From Thermoanaerobaculia bacterium (GTDB lineage Bacteria > Acidobacteriota > Thermoanaerobaculia > UBA5066), in contig CAWFJJ010000024.1 of the NCBI GenBank assembly GCA_963816185.1, forward strand, positions 256,001 to 320,000: 64,000 bases of DNA, read 5' to 3'. The notes beneath the pieces are model-generated. The model saw only the letters and a list, made by a program, of their open reading frames with translations, was not told the DNA's origin and made no database searches. Numbering within the stretch: position 1 is the first letter of the stretch; the number at the start of each line of letters is the position of its first letter. A program made the position numbers and the translations under genes. This document shows positions 58,807 to 64,000 of the stretch, piece by piece.

Positions 58807-60171
58807 TCATGCGCGAGGGCCGTCGGCGTCCCAGAGCGTCGTGTCGGCGAACGATTCGAGGACGGGCCGAATGAGCTTCGCGTCCCCGACCGCGGCGAGA
58901 ATGCCGGTCGAGGGATCGAAGAAGTCCGCCGCGACCTGGCAGGCCTCCTGGCGCGTCACGTCTCGCACGCGGTCCCGCCACGTGATCCATTCGTCGTCGG
59001 GCAGAGAGTGAAGAAGGCGCGCGATCTCGTCCTGCACGACGCCGCCGGGCGTTTCGCGCGGAATCGGGAAGCTGCCGAGAAGGTATTTCCGCGCGCGCTC
59101 GTGCTCCTCCTCGTCGGGCCCCTCGTCGGCGAAAGCGCGAATCAGGTCGAAGAGGCCCGTGAACGCCTCGCGCGTCACCTCGGTCCGGCAGTCGATCGAA
59201 GCGCCGAACTGTCCCCCCGCGACGCGCGCGGCCAGCGACGAGTACGCGCCGTACGTCAGGCTGCGCTCTTCGCGCAGGACGTGGAAGAGACGCGAGGAGG
59301 CGCCGCCCCCGAGCGCCTGGTTCGCGACGAGGGCCGCCGGAAAGCGCGGGCTCCGGCGTTGGAGCGCGGCCCGCGCGTAGAGGAGGTTCGTCTGCACGGA
59401 GCCCGGCCGGTGCACGAGATGGATCGAGAAGCCGTCGACGTGCGGCGGCGGCGGAACGGAGGGGGCCGGAACACCGGTTCCGGCGGGAAGACCCTCGAAG
59501 GCACGGGCACCCGCCCGGAGCAGGGCGTCGGGATCCGCCGCGCCCGCGAGGATGAGCGTGGCCCCCTCGAGCGAAAAGCGGCTCGCCGCGAAGTCGGCGA
59601 CGCTGTCTCGGGTGAGCGCCTCGAGACCTTTTTCCGTCGAGGTGAGGCGCCCGTACGGGTGACCGGGGTAGAGCCGGTCGAGGAGGCGCTCGCGCGCGAG
59701 GAAGTCGGGCTCGGAGCGCTGCTCGGCGAGCACGTCGATCTGGCGTCTGCGGTTCTTCTCGAACTCGTCCTCGGGGAACGCCGACTCCGTCAGGATCTCG
59801 GCGAGAAGGGCGAGGCCCGCGTCGAGATCCTTCTCGAGAATGGAGAGGCGCGCGACCGACGAATCGCTGCCCGCGGAGACCTCGACGTTCGCCGCGAGGT
59901 CGTCGATCGCCTCGGCGAGGGCGCGCGCGTCGCGCCTGCGCGTCCCGCCGAGAAACGTCTCGCCGGCGATCTCGGCCATGCCTTCGCGTCCCTCAGGATC
60001 GGCGGCGCTGCCCGCGCCCGGGAAGAGCACCGACACCGCCACCGTGGGGCGTCGGCCCCAGCGCGCGGCGCGCAGCGCGAGAGAGTTCGCGAGACGCGCG
60101 CCCGTGAAGGAAGGCAGGAGGAAGGGCAGCGGAGGCAAGGGCGGCGGGGGCAGGCGTCGCGAGGCCGTCAC
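58807..60171 (-). CDS. M16 family peptidase, non-catalytic subunit
   Basis: M16 fold motifs (GHPYGR, LGGGASSRLF-LREE-LTYG); HxxEH is replaced. Confidence 0.88.
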   Translation of the reverse strand: MTASRRLPPPPLPPLPFLLPSFTGARLANSLALRAARWGRRPTVAVSVLFPGAGSAADPEGREGMAEIAGETFLGGTRRRDARALAEAIDDLAANVEVSAGSDSSVARLSILEKDLDAGLALLAEILTESAFPEDEFEKNRRRQIDVLAEQRSEPDFLARERLLDRLYPGHPYGRLTSTEKGLEALTRDSVADFAASRFSLEGATLILAGAADPDALLRAGARAFEGLPAGTGVPAPSVPPPPHVDGFSIHLVHRPGSVQTNLLYARAALQRRSPRFPAALVANQALGGGASSRLFHVLREERSLTYGAYSSLAARVAGGQFGASIDCRTEVTREAFTGLFDLIRAFADEGPDEEEHERARKYLLGSFPIPRETPGGVVQDEIARLLHSLPDDEWITWRDRVRDVTRQEACQVAADFFDPSTGILAAVGDAKLIRPVLESFADTTLWDADGPRA

Positions 60172-61460
60172 GCGGCGTCCCTCGACTCACCGGGCTCGCT
60201 CGGCACGACCGTCACCACGGAGCGGCGTGACGCGACGAGGAGCCGAGCCGCCGCGTCGCGGACCGTGGCCGCGTCCAGCGCGAGGACCGCCTCGACATCC
60301 TGGGGGAAGAGACCCGGATCGCCGTCGTAAAGGCCGTACTCGGAAAGCAGAAAGGCGATCGACTGCGTCGTCTGCGTCGCGCGCACGGCGGTCGACAGAA
60401 GAAGCCGGCGCGCCCGTTCCATCTCGCGCGGCGTGGGCCCGTCCGCAGCGAAGCGCTCGAGATCGCCGAGGATCTCCGCCTCGAGGCGCTCGAGCGTCAC
60501 GCCGGGGCGCGCGAGAGAGAAGATGCGGAAGAGCGAAGGGCCGCGGCGCTCGTCGAGTGACATCGAGAGCGAGAGCGCCAGCGATTCGTCTTTCACGAGC
60601 CGGCGCCAGAGCCGTCCCGTCTCACCGGCTGCGAGGATGCGTTCCACGACGGAGAGCGCGAAGAGATCGGGATGCCGCCTCTCCGGTACCTTGAAGTTGA
60701 CGTGCAGCGCCGGCATCGCCGCGTGTCCGTCGTCGACTCTCTGCCGCCTTTCGCCGGAAGGTGCTGGCTCCGTGAACGCGAAGCGCGCCGGCGTCTCGCG
60801 CGGGGAAACCTCCTGGAAGGCCTTCTTCACGCGGCGGAAGGCGTCGGCGGGCTCGACGTCCCCCACGACCGCGAGAAGCGCGTTGGCGGGAGCGTAGTAG
60901 CGGCGGTAGAAGTCCCGTGCGTCGTCGAGCGATGCCGCCTGAAGGTCCTCCATCGATCCGATCACGGGGTGCTTGTAGGGGAATTCGTCGTAGGCGAGCG
61001 CGTCGGCGGTCTCGAACGACGAGGCGTACGGCTGGTTGTCCACGCGCAGGCGCTTTTCTTCCTTCACCGCCTCGCGCTGGTTGTCGAGCTTCTCCTGCGT
61101 GAGGACGAGGGCACGCATCCGGTCGGCTTCGAGGAAGAGCGCGAGGTCGAGGGATTCGGCCGGCAGGGTCTCGAAATAGTTCGTCCGGTCCTCGGACGTC
61201 GTCCCGTTCATCGAGCCGCCGGCCTCGGCGACGAGACGAAAGTGGTCTCCCTTGCCGACGTTCTCCGAGCCCTCGAACATGAGGTGCTCGAAGAGGTGCG
61301 CGAAGCCGGTCTTGCCGGGCGGCTCGACCCGGCTTCCGACGTCGTACGTCACGTCGACCGTCACGAGCGGAATTCCGCGCTGAGGCGACACGACGACCGT
61401 GAGGCCGTTCGCGAGGCGCTCGACGTGAAACGGAACTTCGAGATCGAGGGAAGAAGAGAT
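60168..61460 (-). CDS. M16 family zinc peptidase, catalytic subunit
   Basis: GFAHLFEHLMF, NGTT-DRTNY and HPVIG motifs; likely ATC start after AGGAGG. Confidence 0.9.
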   Translation of the reverse strand: MSSSLDLEVPFHVERLANGLTVVVSPQRGIPLVTVDVTYDVGSRVEPPGKTGFAHLFEHLMFEGSENVGKGDHFRLVAEAGGSMNGTTSEDRTNYFETLPAESLDLALFLEADRMRALVLTQEKLDNQREAVKEEKRLRVDNQPYASSFETADALAYDEFPYKHPVIGSMEDLQAASLDDARDFYRRYYAPANALLAVVGDVEPADAFRRVKKAFQEVSPRETPARFAFTEPAPSGERRQRVDDGHAAMPALHVNFKVPERRHPDLFALSVVERILAAGETGRLWRRLVKDESLALSLSMSLDERRGPSLFRIFSLARPGVTLERLEAEILGDLERFAADGPTPREMERARRLLLSTAVRATQTTQSIAFLLSEYGLYDGDPGLFPQDVEAVLALDAATVRDAAARLLVASRRSVVTVVPSEPGESRDAA

Positions 61461-61511
61461 GGCGTCCTCCTGGGGGAACCCCTCACCAGACGGGCTCGTA
61501 ATATAACGATT

Positions 61512-62552
61512 GTGTTGAGGCGACGTGCTCTTGCGTTTGCGATCCTCGCCGCCGGCGTCGCTTCCGCCGTGCGCGGAGAGGATGTTCCCGCACAAACGGG
61601 AGCCGGCGCGCCGAAATTCCGTTTCGAAGCGGTCCTTCACGACTACGAGCCGGTCTCGGACCGGCACGAACGGCTCGCGGAGTTCTTCTACGGCGCCCTC
61701 ACGGCTGATTGGACGCGCGGGGATTTCGCGGCGAAAGCCGAAGTGCGCGGACGAGACGGGCGCTTCCGCCCCTATTACGACGGCTCGGTCTGGCTCGAAG
61801 AGGGGTGGGCGTCCGTCGCGACCCCGATCGGCTCGATCAGCGCCGGAAAGATTCCGCGCGACTTCGGCGTCGCGGACGAGTCGTTCATCGGGACGCTTTT
61901 TTCGGTGAACGGCGTCACGCGGAATCCGGACTGGGGGGCGGGCCTCGCGGGCGAAAAGCGGTGGGGCTACGACACGTTCGGCTGGAGCGCGCGCTATTAC
62001 GGCCAGAACGACCACGTGAGCTGGGAAGAGGACGGACGCAACGTGGAGTCGGACGCGACACGCGTCCTGCGCGACGGCCTGGAGGCGCGTGTCTCCTACC
62101 TTCTGAACCGGGGCCTCTGGACGCTCAAGCCGGGGCTCTCCGCCGCGTCTTCCCGGCTCGACGAGCGCGACGGGCCCGCCTCGTTCCGCCGGACCGACGC
62201 CGCGCTCGATCTGACCGCGACGCTCGGGCCGCTGGCGCTCCTTTTCGAGGGTTTCACGCGGTCGGGTGAGCGTTGCGCAGGGGGAGCGGCGTGCCGGCTC
62301 GGCTACGACGACGCGACGGCGGCCCTCGTGGGGTTTCGCGCGGAATTTCCAACCGTCACGTATCGCTATCTCTATTCGGTGTGGCGGTACCGCGGGGCCG
62401 ATGCCACCGAACAGCTTCATCAACCCGGGATCGTCTGGATGCCGCGAAAGGGTCTTCTCGCGACGATCGAGTACAGTGCGCGGCTCATGACGACGGTCTC
62501 GGGCACCGAGGTCGTCAAGGCCTTCCAGCTCGGGCTCTCGGTGGCATTTTGA
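61512..62552 (+). CDS. Putative outer-membrane beta-barrel protein
   Basis: Signal peptide, alternating aromatic strands, C-terminal LSVAF; TAATAT 7 nt before the GTG. Confidence 0.7.
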   Translation: MLRRRALAFAILAAGVASAVRGEDVPAQTGAGAPKFRFEAVLHDYEPVSDRHERLAEFFYGALTADWTRGDFAAKAEVRGRDGRFRPYYDGSVWLEEGWASVATPIGSISAGKIPRDFGVADESFIGTLFSVNGVTRNPDWGAGLAGEKRWGYDTFGWSARYYGQNDHVSWEEDGRNVESDATRVLRDGLEARVSYLLNRGLWTLKPGLSAASSRLDERDGPASFRRTDAALDLTATLGPLALLFEGFTRSGERCAGGAACRLGYDDATAALVGFRAEFPTVTYRYLYSVWRYRGADATEQLHQPGIVWMPRKGLLATIEYSARLMTTVSGTEVVKAFQLGLSVAF

Positions 62553-62610
62553 AATCCGCCGCCTTCGACTCTCTCCCGCAATTCCCATTTCACCGGCTCT
62601 CGAGGAGCTC

Positions 62611-63933
62611 ATGAAAAGACGAGTCCTGATCATCGGAATCGCCGTCGTCCTCGTCGCGCTCGCGGCGGTCCTGCTGCTCTCGCGCCGCGGGTCGGCCGAG
62701 GCGAAATTCCGGAAGGCGAAGATCGACAAAGGAGAAGTCGTCGCCACGGTGACGGCCACGGGAACGCTCTCCGCGGTGACGACCGTGCAAGTGGGCAGTC
62801 AGGTGTCCGGCATCATCGCGAAGCTCCACGTCGACTTCAATTCCCAGGTGAGGAAAGGGCAGCTCCTGGCGGAGCTCGACCCGACGCCGTTCCAACAGAC
62901 CGTGGATCAGCGCCGCGCGGATCTCGAGAAGGCGAAGGTGGAGCTCCGGAACGCGGAGATCTCGCTCACGCGCTCGAAGAGTCTGAACGCGCAACAGCTT
63001 CTTGCGCAGTCTGACCTCGATGCCGCGCAGACGGCGCGGGATTCGGCCGCGGCCTCGGTCTCTCAGGCGCAGGCGGCGTTGAAGCAGGCAGAGACGAACC
63101 TGTCGTACACGAAGATCACGTCGCCCATCGACGGCGTCGTCGTGAGCCGGCAGTACGACGTCGGCCAGACGGTTGCCGCGTCGTTCCAGGCGCCGGTTCT
63201 CTTCACGATCGCGCAAGACCTCACGAAGATGCAGGTGCTCACGAACATCGACGAGGCGGACGTGGGCCGGATCCGGGAAGGCCAGGTCGCGAGCTTCTCG
63301 GTCGACGCCTTTCCGGACGTCAACTTCAAGGGGACGGTCGCGCAGATACGTCTGTCGCCTCAGACGGTGCAGAACGTCGTCACCTACCCCGTCATGCTGG
63401 ACGTGCCGAACGCCGACTTGAAACTCAAGCCGGGCATGACCGCGAACGTCCAGGTTCCCGTCGAGGTCCGCAAGGACGTCCTCCGCGTGCCGAACGCGGC
63501 TCTGCGCTTCCGCCCGGACAACGCCGATCTCGTTCCTGAAGCGAGAGGAGGCAAAGCGAAGGCCGCGGCTCCCGCGGGGTCGGCGTCGTCCGCGCAGTCT
63601 TCCGCGCCGGCCGCTCCGGAAACGGGGCAGCCCGGCGGCCGGCCCGGTGCGGGAGGTCGCGGGCCGGGGGGGGCCGGCGGCCGCGCGGGCGGAGGCGGAG
63701 GGACGGGCGTGCGGCCGGGTGGGTTCAGCACCGGCACGCTCTACGTCGAGGTTCCGAACACGAACGGGAAGCTGAGGCCCGTCACGGTGAAGACGCTGAT
63801 CACAGACGGCAATCTGACCGCGATTCAGTCGAACGACCTCAAGGAGGGCGACGAGATCATCGTGGGCCTCGCGACGGCCCGCGCGGGAGTGCCGGGGAAC
63901 GGCGCGCCGGGCGGCGGGCGCCGGCCCTTCTGA
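62611..63933 (+). CDS. Efflux membrane-fusion protein (MacA-like)
   Basis: VQVGSQVSG, SPIDGVV, GQTVAAS, DEADVG and LKPGMTA motifs. Confidence 0.92.
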   Translation: MKRRVLIIGIAVVLVALAAVLLLSRRGSAEAKFRKAKIDKGEVVATVTATGTLSAVTTVQVGSQVSGIIAKLHVDFNSQVRKGQLLAELDPTPFQQTVDQRRADLEKAKVELRNAEISLTRSKSLNAQQLLAQSDLDAAQTARDSAAASVSQAQAALKQAETNLSYTKITSPIDGVVVSRQYDVGQTVAASFQAPVLFTIAQDLTKMQVLTNIDEADVGRIREGQVASFSVDAFPDVNFKGTVAQIRLSPQTVQNVVTYPVMLDVPNADLKLKPGMTANVQVPVEVRKDVLRVPNAALRFRPDNADLVPEARGGKAKAAAPAGSASSAQSSAPAAPETGQPGGRPGAGGRGPGGAGGRAGGGGGTGVRPGGFSTGTLYVEVPNTNGKLRPVTVKTLITDGNLTAIQSNDLKEGDEIIVGLATARAGVPGNGAPGGGRRPF

Positions 63934-63946
63934 GGAAGTGCGGCTC

Positions 63947-64000
63947 ATGGCGCGTCCCGTCATCGAACTGGAGAACCTCACACGCATCTACCGGATGGGC
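63947..64000 (+). CDS. MacB-type ABC transporter ATP-binding protein (5' fragment)
   Basis: MARPVIELENLTRIYRMG directly after the MacA-like gene. Confidence 0.7.
   Translation, partial: MARPVIELENLTRIYRMG

Noticed and set aside
63540-63735. G-rich low-complexity tract in the MacA-like gene
   Set aside because: Encodes a Gly/Pro/Ala linker common in such adaptors; no discrete repeat unit

Overview
High-GC chromosomal window of mostly core genes. Gene content (Oar-like TonB receptor, wHTH-TolB, DUF4388, VPS10 proteins) suggests Acidobacteriota, probably Thermoanaerobaculia; this is inference only. The centrepiece is a ~16 kb translationally coupled aro-his-trp superoperon (5990-21751) with AroD-AroE, HisZ-HisG, HisF-HisI-HisE and TrpC-TrpF fusions. 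It is preceded by an unannotated 13-aa leader peptide, MSSTSRHWHVHHS (4 His + 1 Trp), with antiterminator and terminator hairpins, i.e. a candidate dual His/Trp attenuator. A second striking signal is a dispersed AT-rich DNA motif (consensus about RRGATTTCTT[A/C]GAARGG, core TTC-N3-GAA, purine-rich flanks). About 28 copies were counted by eye, mostly as convergent pairs 65-111 bp apart. It is written into housekeeping genes in all six reading frames, often as in-frame low-complexity insertions. Also present: a ~180 bp multi-hairpin element inserted in frame in mpg, many apparently leaderless genes, two probable ATC starts, and a sigma54-type promoter before the TonB receptor. Clustered frameshifts in hisD and the VPS10 gene are most likely assembly errors. 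No CRISPR array, rRNA, tRNA or transposase was seen. All calls are by-eye motif recognition; no searches were run.
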